Part shown: piece by piece, positions 9,250 to 18,907 of the stretch
Layout of the letters: each line of letters begins with the position of its first letter
Position numbering within the stretch: position 1 is the stretch's first letter
DNA from: Myxococcota bacterium
GTDB lineage: Bacteria > Myxococcota_A > UBA9160 > UBA6930
Reading direction: 5' to 3'
Length of the DNA stretch: 64,000 bases
Assembly (NCBI GenBank): GCA_965223705.1
Contig: OZ245015.1
Coordinates: 736,001-800,000 of the forward strand
Made by a program: the position numbers and the translations under genes
Notes under the pieces: generated by a model
Database searches by the model: none
Seen by the model: the letters and a program-made list of their open reading frames with translations, nothing else
What the model was told of the DNA's origin: nothing

Positions 9250-10632
9250 ATGTCGCATTCACCGGGACCGTCTCTTCCGAGCAACAACCTGCTCGCCGAT
9301 CGGCTGGCGCGACCCTTTGTGCGCTTCATGGAGCTCGAGATCTCGAGCGCCCTGTTGCTGCTGGCGATGACCGTCCTGGCACTCGTGTGGGCGAACTCGC
9401 CTTGGGGCGAGACGTACGAGCACTTCTGGCACATTCCATTCGGGATCTCGCTGGGAAGTCTCTTTTCCCTCGAACTCTCCCTCGGCCACTGGGTGAACGA
9501 CGGGTTGATGGCCGTCTTCTTCTTCGTGGTCGGCATGGAGATCAAGCGCGAACTCGTTCTCGGCGAACTGTCGTCTCTCCGTCGCGCCACACTCCCGGTC
9601 GCGGGCGCCCTCGGCGGAATGATCATCCCGGCGGGCATCTACTATTCCATGCACGCGGGCCTTGAGACCGTGCGTGGTTGGGGCGTCCCGATGGCGACCG
9701 ACATCGCGTTCGCGGTGGCGGCACTATCGCTTCTCGGAAAGCGCGTTCCCTCCGGCCTCCGGATCTTCCTCCTCGCACTCGCTATTGCCGACGACCTTGG
9801 CGCGGTTGCCGTGATCGCGGTGTTCTACACCGCCGAGCTCCATCTCGATGCACTCGCTTGGGCGGGGGTCGGCTGCGCCGCTTGTCTGGCGCTCAATCTG
9901 ATGGGTGTGCGCTCTCTCGCCGTGTACGCGATTGTCGGCCTGTTCATCTGGTACGAGACCCACCATTCCGGCGTCCACGCGACCGTGGCCGGGGTGATGC
10001 TGGGTTTCCTGACGCCGACGCGGGCGGATTTCGACAACCGCCGCGAGACCCTCGTCGACGTGGCCCGCCACGCGCTCGAAGAGCTCCACGAGGCGTTGGT
10101 CGGCCGCGGCCAGGACGGGCCGCTCCACGACCCGGGCGGGCACCAGCGCCACTTGGTCGCGCGCAAGCTCGAAGTGGTGGGTCGGAACGCGCTGTCCCCC
10201 CTCGATTTCCTGGTGAATCGGCTCGAACGGTGGGTCGCGTTCTTCATCATGCCGGTGTTCGCTCTCGCAAATGCCGGTGTGGTCTTCGAGGCGAGCACGT
10301 TGGGTGATCCCGTCGCGCGGAACGTCGCCATCGGGGTCGGCCTCGGGCTCGTCGTGGGGAAACCCATCGGCATCACGCTGCTGTCCTGGATCGCTGTGAA
10401 GCTCAACATCGCGGCGATGCCGTCCGGGGTGAACTGGGCGAGCTTGTTCGGCACGGGCATGCTCGCCGGAATCGGATTTACGGTCGCTCTCTTCATCACG
10501 GTGTTGGCGTTCCAGGAGCCCGCGCATGTGGCCGGCTCGAAATCCGGCATTTTGTTGGGCTCGCTGATCGCAACCGTGGTTGGATTGACCGTCCTCTCCA
10601 AAGCGTTGCCGTCGCCTCGCGAGGAAGCCTAA
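9250..10632 (+). CDS. nhaA: Na+/H+ antiporter NhaA
   Basis: HWVNDGLMAVFFF..G.EIKRE, PMATDIAF, LAIADDLG, SGVHAT, GIGFT. Confidence 0.95.
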   Translation: MSHSPGPSLPSNNLLADRLARPFVRFMELEISSALLLLAMTVLALVWANSPWGETYEHFWHIPFGISLGSLFSLELSLGHWVNDGLMAVFFFVVGMEIKRELVLGELSSLRRATLPVAGALGGMIIPAGIYYSMHAGLETVRGWGVPMATDIAFAVAALSLLGKRVPSGLRIFLLALAIADDLGAVAVIAVFYTAELHLDALAWAGVGCAACLALNLMGVRSLAVYAIVGLFIWYETHHSGVHATVAGVMLGFLTPTRADFDNRRETLVDVARHALEELHEALVGRGQDGPLHDPGGHQRHLVARKLEVVGRNALSPLDFLVNRLERWVAFFIMPVFALANAGVVFEASTLGDPVARNVAIGVGLGLVVGKPIGITLLSWIAVKLNIAAMPSGVNWASLFGTGMLAGIGFTVALFITVLAFQEPAHVAGSKSGILLGSLIATVVGLTVLSKALPSPREEA

Positions 10633-10693
10633 TGTCCGGTGATATTCCGGGAAAGTCGCGCTAGATCGGCCGGACAATCGAGGATTGCCCGGC
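10631..10693. promoter_or_regulatory. candidate MocR/PdxR operator: repeated (A)TTGTCCGG-like motifs
   Basis: AATGTCCGG 10631-10639; inverted pair GCCGGACAATC 10669-10679 / GATTGCCCGGC 10683-10693 (10 of 11 match) just upstream of the MocR gene. Confidence 0.45.
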
Positions 10694-10706
10694 TAAGATT
10701 CTTTTC

Positions 10707-12188
10707 GTGAACCTCCCCATCGCGCCCCCGGATGGTCGCCGCGGCACACCCCTCTACCGCCAAATCGCGGACCAGATCCGCGACGCCGTGCTGCGGCAGG
10801 AGATCCCGGCCGGAGCGAGGTTGCCGGCCATCCGCGATCTCGCGGCAAGGCTCGCGGTCCACCGCGACACCGTCGGCTTGGCCTACGAGAACCTGGCTTC
10901 CGACGGATGGGTCGAGACGCGGGTCGGTCGCGGGACGTTCGTGTCGCGGCCCGGACCCACCCCCACCACCGAACCGGCGCTGTCTTCGCTCGTCACGCGT
11001 TTGCTCGACCACAGTGGCGCGGAGCCGGCGCCGAATGTGCCGAAGGATACGATCGCGTTTCACGCGTTGGTTCCCGATCCCAGTCTCTTTCCGGTCGACG
11101 CGTTTCGCCGGGCGATGAACGAAAACCTTTCGGCGAGCGGTGCCGATCTCCTCGGCTATGGCGCGGTCGGCGGCGAGGCGGGGCTTCGCGAGGTGGTCGC
11201 CGAACACCTGAGGGAGCACGGGATCGCTGCGGCGCCGGACGACGTGGTTCCCTGTCAGGGCGCCAGTCAGGGGCTCTCGCTCGTCGTGCGCGCGTTCGCT
11301 GAGCCTGGAGAGGCCGTCGCAGTCGAAGAGCCGACGTACCAGGCGGCGCTCGGAATCCTCATGGGTCTCGGTCTGCGACCCGAACCGGTCCCGACCCGGG
11401 TGGCGGGTCCGGACCCCGGCGTCGATCTCGACGCGCTCGCACGGGCCTTGGCTCAACCGTCGGTGAAGGCGTTCTATACGATGCCGACCTTCCACAACCC
11501 GCTCGGGATCACGACGAATCGCGAGCACCGGAGGCGTCTGCTCGAGATTGCGGCGACGGCGGGGAAGCCCGTGGTGGAAGACGCCTGCGCGATCGATTTG
11601 CGGTTTCGGGGGAAAGCCGTGCCTCCGCTCGCCGCACTGGACGAATCGGGTCTGGTCCTGCCGCTCTTCTCCTTCTCGAAGTCGCTGTTCCCCGGGGTGC
11701 GCTGCGGGGCGGTGCTGGCGCGAGGACAAGCCGGGGAGGCGCTCCGCGCTCTCAAGCGCGCCACCGATCTCGGCGACGCCGGCGCGCTTCAGGCCGCGGT
11801 GGCGACCTTCGTCCGCGCCGGACACTACCGCCGTCATCTACAGCAGTGGCGAAAGACCCTCTCCGAACGTTGTGAAGCGATGCAAAAGGCGATCGAAGAG
11901 TTCTTCCCCGCCGCCCTCGAATGGACCGTGCCCGAGGGCGGCTACCAGTTTTGGGTCGCTACCCCGCCCGAGCTCGAAGTGCGGTCGATCTATACGGCGG
12001 CCCTGCGCGCCGGCGTACTCATCGCGCCCGGGGACCTGTTCCACGTCTCCGGTCGGCGGGCCCAGGGATTCCGACTGGTGTTCGCGCAGACCGCAACCGA
12101 CGAAATTCGCGAGGGCGTGGCCCGCCTCGCGCAAGTGATTCACGAACAGCTCGAGCAATCCACGGCGACGAAGAGCGCCGCTTGGTGA
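10707..12188 (+). CDS. GntR/MocR-family regulator (wHTH + PLP aminotransferase domain), probable PdxR
   Basis: [10 protein letters not shown]...LPAIRDLA...AYENL w[11 protein letters not shown] and SFSKSLFPG (PLP Lys); directly upstream of pdxS. Confidence 0.88.
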   Translation: MNLPIAPPDGRRGTPLYRQIADQIRDAVLRQEIPAGARLPAIRDLAARLAVHRDTVGLAYENLASDGWVETRVGRGTFVSRPGPTPTTEPALSSLVTRLLDHSGAEPAPNVPKDTIAFHALVPDPSLFPVDAFRRAMNENLSASGADLLGYGAVGGEAGLREVVAEHLREHGIAAAPDDVVPCQGASQGLSLVVRAFAEPGEAVAVEEPTYQAALGILMGLGLRPEPVPTRVAGPDPGVDLDALARALAQPSVKAFYTMPTFHNPLGITTNREHRRRLLEIAATAGKPVVEDACAIDLRFRGKAVPPLAALDESGLVLPLFSFSKSLFPGVRCGAVLARGQAGEALRALKRATDLGDAGALQAAVATFVRAGHYRRHLQQWRKTLSERCEAMQKAIEEFFPAALEWTVPEGGYQFWVATPPELEVRSIYTAALRAGVLIAPGDLFHVSGRRAQGFRLVFAQTATDEIREGVARLAQVIHEQLEQSTATKSAAW

Positions 12189-12202
12189 TTTTGGAGGAGA
12201 GC

Positions 12203-13108
12203 ATGGCGAATCAATCCAACGGCAAACGCGGCGCGGAAACGTTCGAGGTCAAAGTCGGACTCGCTGAGATGTTGAAGGGGGGCGTCATCATGGACGTCAC
12301 GAACCCCGAGCAAGCGAAGATCGCGGAGGAGGCGGGGGCGGCCGCTGTGATGGCTCTCGAGCGGGTGCCGGCCGATATCCGCAAGGACGGCGGCGTCGCG
12401 CGGATGTGCAGCATCGAGGTCATCGAGGGCATCCAACGCGCCGTGTCGATCCCCGTGATGGCGAAAGTCCGGATCGGTCACTTCAGCGAAGCGCGCGTAC
12501 TCGAGGCCCTGGGCGTCGATTTCATCGATGAAAGCGAAGTCCTGACGCCCGCCGATGAAGAGCACCACGTCGACAAGCAACCGTTTCGCTCGCCGTTCGT
12601 CTGCGGGGCGCGCAACTTGGGAGAGGCCTTGCGCAGGATCGGCGAAGGCGCCGCGATGATTCGAACGAAAGGGGAGGCCGGCAGTGGGAACATCGTCGAG
12701 GCCGTCCGGCACTTGCGTCAAGTGACCGGCGACATCCGCGCCTTGTCGTCCCTGCGCGGCGAGGAGCTACCGACGCGAGCGAAGGAGCTCGGAGCACCCG
12801 TCGAACTCGTCCGCCAAGTCGCCGAAGCCGGGAAGCTGCCGGTGCCGAATTTCGCGGCGGGCGGGATCGCGACGCCAGCGGATGCGGCGCTCTGCATGTC
12901 GCTCGGCGCGGAAGCCGTGTTCGTCGGTTCGGGCATCTTCAAGAGCAACGATCCGGCGGCGCGAGCCAAAGCGGTCGTCCACGCGACGACCCATTGGGAC
13001 GAACCCGAAGAAGTGCTCAATGCGTCGCGAGGCCTGGGCGAGGCGATGCCGGGCATCGAACTCGACACGTTGACCGACGCCGAGCGTCTCGCCAACCGGG
13101 GTTGGTAG
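12203..13108 (+). CDS. pdxS: pyridoxal 5'-phosphate synthase lyase subunit
   Basis: [57 protein letters not shown]. Confidence 0.97.
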   Translation: MANQSNGKRGAETFEVKVGLAEMLKGGVIMDVTNPEQAKIAEEAGAAAVMALERVPADIRKDGGVARMCSIEVIEGIQRAVSIPVMAKVRIGHFSEARVLEALGVDFIDESEVLTPADEEHHVDKQPFRSPFVCGARNLGEALRRIGEGAAMIRTKGEAGSGNIVEAVRHLRQVTGDIRALSSLRGEELPTRAKELGAPVELVRQVAEAGKLPVPNFAAGGIATPADAALCMSLGAEAVFVGSGIFKSNDPAARAKAVVHATTHWDEPEEVLNASRGLGEAMPGIELDTLTDAERLANRGW

Positions 13109-13136
13109 GGCCGGCGAAGCGACGGGGCGAAGCATC

Positions 13137-13727
13137 GTGAAAGTCGGGATCCTCGCTCTGCAGGGCGACGTCGCCGCTCATCGCGCCGCGATCGAGCGCA
13201 TCGGTGGCGACGCCGTCCCTGTGCGCTGGCCCCGGGATCTGGCGGGCTGCGACGCGCTTATCCTTCCGGGCGGCGAGAGCACCACCATGGCAAAGGGCTT
13301 GGCTCGGCAAGGGCTCTACGAACCGATCCGCGCGTTCGCGCACGCCGGCGGGTCCGTGCTCGGAACCTGCGCCGGGGCGATTCTGCTGGCGGAGAAGGCC
13401 TGCGCCCCCGAACGGGTGCGCGTCGGCCATCACCCGGTCGAGACCTTGGGCCTCCTCAACGTGACGGCGCGCCGAAACGCATACGGCACGCAGGTCGACT
13501 CGTTTATCGCGCATGGGAAAGCCGACGGCCCCCTCGACGGCTTTCGATGCGTCTTTATCCGAGCGCCACAGCTCGTCGATCCCGGCCCGGATATCGAAGT
13601 GCACCTGCGGGTGGAAGGCCTCCCGGTGCTCCTTCGGCAGGGGCGCGTCTGGGCGTCGACGTTCCATCCGGAGCTGACCGAAGACTCCCGCGTCCATCAG
13701 CTCCTGGTGGACTCCGCCGGCCTGTGA
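13137..13727 (+). CDS. pdxT: PLP synthase glutaminase subunit
   Basis: LALQGD, PGGEST, GTCAG, RNAYG.Q..SF, FIRAP, FHPEL. Confidence 0.96.
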   Translation: MKVGILALQGDVAAHRAAIERIGGDAVPVRWPRDLAGCDALILPGGESTTMAKGLARQGLYEPIRAFAHAGGSVLGTCAGAILLAEKACAPERVRVGHHPVETLGLLNVTARRNAYGTQVDSFIAHGKADGPLDGFRCVFIRAPQLVDPGPDIEVHLRVEGLPVLLRQGRVWASTFHPELTEDSRVHQLLVDSAGL

Positions 13728-13779
13728 TAACCCTCCGGCCTTCTCGTCGCGAAAGCGGCACAACCTCGGCCCCGAATGC

Positions 13780-13848
13780 CCCTCCCGCACCCGCGCGGAA
13801 GCGGCGCAGCACGCGGGCCCTGAGTGCTCGGCACTCTGTCCAGGAGGG
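13780..13848 (+). promoter_or_regulatory. structured rpsF leader, candidate S6:S18 autoregulatory element
   Basis: CCCTCC 13780-13785 pairs with SD GGAGGG 13843-13848 and encloses hairpins CCCGCG/CGCGGG and GAGTGC/GCACTC. Confidence 0.5.
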
Positions 13849-13851
13849 ATG

Positions 13852-14388
13852 ATGCGGGAATACGAAACGACATTCATCGTTCAGCCCGAAATCTCCGACG
13901 AGGGATGTCAGGCGATTTGCGAGCGCCTCGACGGGATGCTCGAAAAGCATGGCGCCGTCCGTCTGCTCTACGACGACGACGGCAAGCGAAAGCTGGCCTA
14001 CGAGATCGACGACTTTCAGAAGGGCCGGTACCTGTGTCTCCATTACTTCGATCAGGGTGGCGTCGTGCCGGAGCTCGAGCAGATGCTGCGGCTCGACGAA
14101 TCGGTGCTTCGCTTCTTGACCGTCCGCGTCGCAGACCGGGTGGACAACATCGAGGAGCGTCGGCAAGCCGCCGCGATCGAAGAGCGGGAGCGCGCCGAGC
14201 GGGCGGCTGAACGCGCCGCGCGCGAAGCGGAAGAGCGCGCCGCGCGCGAGGAGGAGGAGCGCCTCGCGCGAGAAGCTGCCGAAGCCCGCGCCGAAGCCGA
14301 CGCTTCGGAAGCCTCGGCGGAAGGAACCGAAGACGGAGAGGAAGAGGCGGGCGAGGCTCCGGCGCCTGCGGAAGGTGATTCGGAATGA
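13852..14388 (+). CDS. rpsF: 30S ribosomal protein bS6 with long charged C-terminal extension
   Basis: [35 protein letters not shown] (alternative ATG 13849). Confidence 0.95.
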   Translation: MREYETTFIVQPEISDEGCQAICERLDGMLEKHGAVRLLYDDDGKRKLAYEIDDFQKGRYLCLHYFDQGGVVPELEQMLRLDESVLRFLTVRVADRVDNIEERRQAAAIEERERAERAAERAAREAEERAAREEEERLAREAAEARAEADASEASAEGTEDGEEEAGEAPAPAEGDSE

Positions 14389-14705
14389 ACCGAGAAGAGC
14401 GAGAACGCCGTGGCCCCATGTCGCCGAAGGCGCGGCTGCGCGCCAAGGCGCGCAAGCGAGCGCGCAAAGCGGCCAAGGCCAAGGGCACGTTTGGGCGCAA
14501 GAAAGTCTGTCGCTTCTGTGCCGACACCAATGTCCGAATCGATTACAAAGATCCGAAGACGCTGCGTTACTTCGTCACCGAGGTCGGCAAGGTGATCCCG
14601 CGGCGAATTTCGGGCAATTGCGCGAAGCACCAACGCGAAGTGACCACGGCGCTCAAGCGAGCACGCCAGCTCGCGCTGCTCCCGTACGCACCGAGCCACG
14701 TCTAG
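14385..14705 (+). CDS. rpsR: 30S ribosomal protein bS18, Zn-ribbon (C+) type, basic N-terminal extension
   Basis: [35 protein letters not shown]. Confidence 0.96.
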   Translation: MNREERERRGPMSPKARLRAKARKRARKAAKAKGTFGRKKVCRFCADTNVRIDYKDPKTLRYFVTEVGKVIPRRISGNCAKHQREVTTALKRARQLALLPYAPSHV

Positions 14706-14715
14706 CGGAGGCTTT

Positions 14716-15168
14716 ATGGGCAATATCCGACTGATTCTCTCGGAAGACGTGCCGAATCTGGGTGAGGCGGGCGAACTCGTCACGGTGAAGCCCGGCTACG
14801 CGCGGAACTACCTGCTGCCTTCGAAGAAAGCGCTTCCGGCGACCGAGGCGCGCGTCAAGGAGCTCGAGCACCATCGCCAGGTGATCGCGGCGAAAGTGGC
14901 GCGGGAACAGAAGGTGATGCGTGCGGAGCGCTCTCGCATCGAAGGCACCGAGCTTTCGATCGAAGTTCAGGCGGGCGAGGAAGGCAAGCTGTTCGGGTCG
15001 GTGACCGCGGCGAACGTCGCCGAGCTCCTCGCCGCGAAGGGAGTCGAAGTCGACCGTCGCAAGATCGCCCTCGAGCCGATCAAGGAAATCGGCGACTACG
15101 AAGTCGAGATCAAGTTGCACCGCGAGGTCTCAGCGACGGTAAAGCTCAGCGTCACCGCCGCTTCCTGA
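14716..15168 (+). CDS. rplI: 50S ribosomal protein bL9
   Basis: LGEAGELVTVKPGYARNYLLP, GKLFGSV. Confidence 0.97.
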   Translation: MGNIRLILSEDVPNLGEAGELVTVKPGYARNYLLPSKKALPATEARVKELEHHRQVIAAKVAREQKVMRAERSRIEGTELSIEVQAGEEGKLFGSVTAANVAELLAAKGVEVDRRKIALEPIKEIGDYEVEIKLHREVSATVKLSVTAAS

Positions 15169-15225
15169 TCGCGTAGTGCCGACAACGACGGCGCGGATGT
15201 GATACCACCCCAGCTGGGGGACATC

Positions 15226-16755
15226 ATGGCCATGGATCCGCCCAGGATGGATCCGCAGAGAGCGGATCCGCCCAGAAGGGGCACGACGAGCGGCGCTTCA
15301 CCGGGCTCGGGAGAGTCCGGTGCCCACCGCGTGCCGCCGCACGACCTCGACGCCGAGCGCTCCGTTCTCTCGTCGCTTCTTCTCGACAACCGCGCCATGC
15401 ACGAAGTGGTACTCGAGCTCACCGCGAAAGAGTTCTACCACCCCGCGCACCAGGCGATCTTTCGCGCCATGATCGCGGTGCACGAAGAACAAAAACCCGT
15501 CGACTTGATCACGCTCTCCGAATATTTGAACGCGCACAAGATGCTCGACGCGATCGGAGGGCCCGTGTTCCTCGCCGAGATCGCCGATTTCGAAGTGACC
15601 GCGGCGAATGTGACGCACCACGCGCGGATCGTTCGCGACAAAGCTGTAAAACGCGCTCTCATCGGAGTGGCCACCGAAATCGCCGAAGAGGGCTACTCGG
15701 AACCCGGAGACGCAGACCGCCTCCTCGACAGTGCCGAGTCGAAGATTTTCGATCTCTCGAAAGCCCAGAGCCGATCGACTTTCGTGACGCTCCGAGATGA
15801 GATGCCCGCGACCTTCGACTACGTCGAAGCAATCATGAACCGCGGCGGCGGTCTGACCGGCATCTCGTCGGGTTACCAGGATCTCGATCAAATGACCGGC
15901 GGGTTGCAGGGCGGAGAACTCATCATCATCGCGGCGCGCCCGAGTATGGGAAAGACGGCACTCGCGTTGAACATCGCCCGCAACGCCGCGATCGACGGCA
16001 ATCAGAAAGTGGCGGTCTTCTCGCTCGAAATGACGACGCGGTCGCTCATCCTCCGCCTCTTGTCCGCCGAGGCGCAAGTCGATTTCTCGGCGTTCCGTTC
16101 TTCGTACTTGCCGACCCGCGACTACACGAAGTTGACGCGCGCCGGTGACGAACTCGCCCGCGCCGATCTGTGGATCGACGACAGTGGCGACCTTTCGCTC
16201 CTCGAAATCAAATCGAAATGCCGCCGCTTGCACGCCGATCGCGGTCTCGACCTCGTGTTCGTCGACTACCTGCAGCTCGCCCATTCCGACGGTCCCCGCC
16301 GCGACCGGAAAGACCTCGAAATCGCCGAGATCAGCAAAGGCTTGAAGGCGATGGCGAAGGAGCTCGATATTCCGGTCGTCGCATTGTCCCAGCTCAATCG
16401 CGGGCCGGAGCAGCGCGATCCGGACAAGCGCCGTCCGCGACTCGGCGATTTGCGGGAGTCCGGGGCGATCGAGCAGGACGCGGACCTGATCGCGTTCATC
16501 TACCGCGACTACGTCTACAACAAAGACGCGGATCCGAGCTTGGCGGAGCTCATCATCGAAAAGCAGCGCAACGGGCCCACCGGCACGGTGAAGCTGCATT
16601 TCGAGGGGCGCTACGCCCGCTTCGGAAACTGGTCAGACCGCGATGGCGACGCGCCCGGAGACACGCCGGGCTTCGTCGGGGCAGCGGAGCCGGCGCCCGG
16701 ATCGTTGTCCGGCGATCCCGCGGCCGATCCGTTCGGGGACGAGCCTCCTTTCTGA
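15226..16755 (+). CDS. dnaB: replicative DNA helicase
   Basis: PPHDLDAERSVL, AARPSMGKT Walker A, FSLEM, DYLQL, LSQLNR, DLRESGAIEQDAD, KQRNGPTG; no intein seen. Confidence 0.97.
   Translation: MAMDPPRMDPQRADPPRRGTTSGASPGSGESGAHRVPPHDLDAERSVLSSLLLDNRAMHEVVLELTAKEFYHPAHQAIFRAMIAVHEEQKPVDLITLSEYLNAHKMLDAIGGPVFLAEIADFEVTAANVTHHARIVRDKAVKRALIGVATEIAEEGYSEPGDADRLLDSAESKIFDLSKAQSRSTFVTLRDEMPATFDYVEAIMNRGGGLTGISSGYQDLDQMTGGLQGGELIIIAARPSMGKTALALNIARNAAIDGNQKVAVFSLEMTTRSLILRLLSAEAQVDFSAFRSSYLPTRDYTKLTRAGDELARADLWIDDSGDLSLLEIKSKCRRLHADRGLDLVFVDYLQLAHSDGPRRDRKDLEIAEISKGLKAMAKELDIPVVALSQLNRGPEQRDPDKRRPRLGDLRESGAIEQDADLIAFIYRDYVYNKDADPSLAELIIEKQRNGPTGTVKLHFEGRYARFGNWSDRDGDAPGDTPGFVGAAEPAPGSLSGDPAADPFGDEPPF
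15232..15276 (+). repeat. three imperfect 15-bp tandem repeats at the dnaB 5' end
   Basis: ATGGATCCGCCCAGG / ATGGATCCGCAGAGA / GCGGATCCGCCCAGA encoding MDPPR-MDPQR-ADPPR. Confidence 0.7.
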
Positions 16756-16758
16756 CGC

Positions 16759-17724
16759 ATGGCGCAACCCAAGCGCAAACCCTACGCCCTCTCCGGGGAC
16801 GCGACCGTCGCGGTGGTCGCACCGGCCTTCGCCGTCGAGCCCGGGCGCCTCGAGCGCGGAGAATCGCAACTCGCCGCGTGTGGTGTCCGCGTCGTGCGCC
16901 GCGAGGATCTCTTCGACCGTTGCGACTACTTTGCGGGCGACGACGCCCGCAGGCGCCACGAACTGATGGATTCGATCAGCGATCCGGCCGTCGACGGGAT
17001 CCTGTGCGCGCGGGGCGGCTACGGCTGCTCGCGCATCCTTCCGGATCTCGACGCCGCCGAAGTGCGCGCGGCCGCAAAACCGCTGGCGGGCTACAGCGAC
17101 ATCACGGCGCTCCTCCTCTGGCAGTGGGAGCAAGCCGGTCTCGTCGGTTTTCACGGGCCCATGCTCGACCGCGAAGGCGGCTTGAGCGACGAAGAGCTGA
17201 CGGCGTTGGTCCGCATGCTTCGCGGGCAAGACGAGGAAATCGTTTTTCACGGAGAAGGAGCGATTCCCGGCGCCGCCGGCGGCTTCCTGATCGGGGGATC
17301 GTTGACGCTTCTCGCGGGGAGCCTGGGAACACCCTGGGAGCCCGACCTCACGGGCGCCATTCTCCTGTTCGAAGAAGTCGGCGAGAAGCCCTACGCGATC
17401 GACCGCATGCTCGCCCAATTGCGCGCAGCCGGTAAGCTCGCCGGGTTGGTGGGGGTTGGCGTGGGGCATCTGGTCGAATGCACCGATCCGAAACGGGATC
17501 GGCCGACGGCGCGAGAAGTGATCGAAGCGGCGATCGCACCGCTCGAGATTCCGTTGGTGTTCGGACTGCCCTTCGGTCACGCGAGCCCGAATTTGCCCTG
17601 GCCGATCGGTGTGTCGGCGCGGATCGACGGAACCCGGGGCGAACTGCACATCCTCGAGTCCGGCGTGACGACGCGGGCGGATCGAAGGGACGACGACGTG
17701 ACGGAAGAATCGGCGGAACGATGA
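16759..17724 (+). CDS. ldcA: LD-carboxypeptidase (peptidase S66)
   Basis: RGGYG, GYSDITA (Ser), EEVGEKPY.IDRML (Glu), FGH (His). Confidence 0.9.
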   Translation: MAQPKRKPYALSGDATVAVVAPAFAVEPGRLERGESQLAACGVRVVRREDLFDRCDYFAGDDARRRHELMDSISDPAVDGILCARGGYGCSRILPDLDAAEVRAAAKPLAGYSDITALLLWQWEQAGLVGFHGPMLDREGGLSDEELTALVRMLRGQDEEIVFHGEGAIPGAAGGFLIGGSLTLLAGSLGTPWEPDLTGAILLFEEVGEKPYAIDRMLAQLRAAGKLAGLVGVGVGHLVECTDPKRDRPTAREVIEAAIAPLEIPLVFGLPFGHASPNLPWPIGVSARIDGTRGELHILESGVTTRADRRDDDVTEESAER

Positions 17725-18875
17725 AGCGCAGCCTGATCGATCGGAAGCTCGGCAAAGTGGACCGCGCTCTGGCGAAGGCCATCGAAGGAGCGGAAACCGC
17801 CGGTGCGGTCCTCCTCGCACGGAAGCGTCGCGACGGGGAGTGGCTCGAGCACGAGGCGGTGGCCGGAATGGCGGTTGCGAAACCGGAGCGCCTGCCCATG
17901 CAACGGGACACGATCTTCGATCTGGCCTCGTTGACGAAGCCTCTGGCAACGACCACCGCCATCATGCTGCTCGTCGCGGACGGCCGACTCGTTCTCGACG
18001 ATCCCGTGGCGAAGCACCTGCCCGCCTTCGCGGAGCGCGGCAAAGAAGACGTAACCCTTCGCCATTTGCTCACGCACTCCTCCGGGATGCGCCCATGGCG
18101 CGGCTATCACGAAGTGCTGATCGAGAAGGAAAAGAAACGCGGTGAGCGTTGGCTCTGCACCGAGCAGGGCCGAGAGACGATTCTCGATCGCATCGTGAGA
18201 AGTTCACTCGTGCACGAGCCCGGAACCGCGGCGGTCTACGGAGACCTCGATTTTATTGCGCTCGGCGCGGTGATCGAGGCGGTCAGTGGCCAACGACTCG
18301 ACGCGTTCTGTCGCGAGCGCGTGTTCGAACCACTGGGCATGCTCGAGACGGAGTTCCGCCCCATCGCACCCGACGGATCGATTGCGAGCGAGTTTCCGCG
18401 TTCCCGCGTCGCAGCCACCGAGGAATGCCCGTTCCGGGAGCGCGTCGTCTGGGGTGAAGTGCACGACCCGAACGCCTACGCCATGGGAGGGGTCGCGGGA
18501 CACGCCGGTCTCTTTGCCCCCGCCACGGACGTTCTGCGCTTCGCCGAGATCGTGCTCGACACGTGGCACGGTCGGAGCGAGCTCCTGCCGCGTGACCTTC
18601 TGCGGAGCTTCGCGACGCGCCAGAAGATTCCGGCTGAATCGGATTGGGCCCTGGGGTGGGATACGCCGACCGAGGGTGTCTCTTCCTCGGGGCAGTACTT
18701 TTCGACCGCGAGCATCGGACATTTGGGATTCACGGGAACGTCCCTCTGGATCGATCTCGAAGGCGAGGCGATCGTGGTGTTTCTCACCAATCGGATCCAT
18801 CTCGTGGCGAAACGGAGTCGCTACGAGCTCCGTCCGCGCGTCCACGATCTGTTGATGGAGGCCTTCGCAGCCTAA
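17721..18875 (+). CDS. serine hydrolase, beta-lactamase/PBP-like (AmiE-like)
   Basis: FDLASLTK (SxxK), LLTHSSG, YGDLDF, GEVHDPNA..GGVAGHAGLF, GHLGFTGTSLWID. Confidence 0.88.
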   Translation: MKRSLIDRKLGKVDRALAKAIEGAETAGAVLLARKRRDGEWLEHEAVAGMAVAKPERLPMQRDTIFDLASLTKPLATTTAIMLLVADGRLVLDDPVAKHLPAFAERGKEDVTLRHLLTHSSGMRPWRGYHEVLIEKEKKRGERWLCTEQGRETILDRIVRSSLVHEPGTAAVYGDLDFIALGAVIEAVSGQRLDAFCRERVFEPLGMLETEFRPIAPDGSIASEFPRSRVAATEECPFRERVVWGEVHDPNAYAMGGVAGHAGLFAPATDVLRFAEIVLDTWHGRSELLPRDLLRSFATRQKIPAESDWALGWDTPTEGVSSSGQYFSTASIGHLGFTGTSLWIDLEGEAIVVFLTNRIHLVAKRSRYELRPRVHDLLMEAFAA

Positions 18876-18907
18876 GTCCCGAGGGCGTCCCTTCCGATCA
18901 GAGGGTT

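Noticed and set aside
17721..18875. Beta-lactam resistance gene
   Set aside because: No signal peptide, and the context is peptidoglycan recycling.
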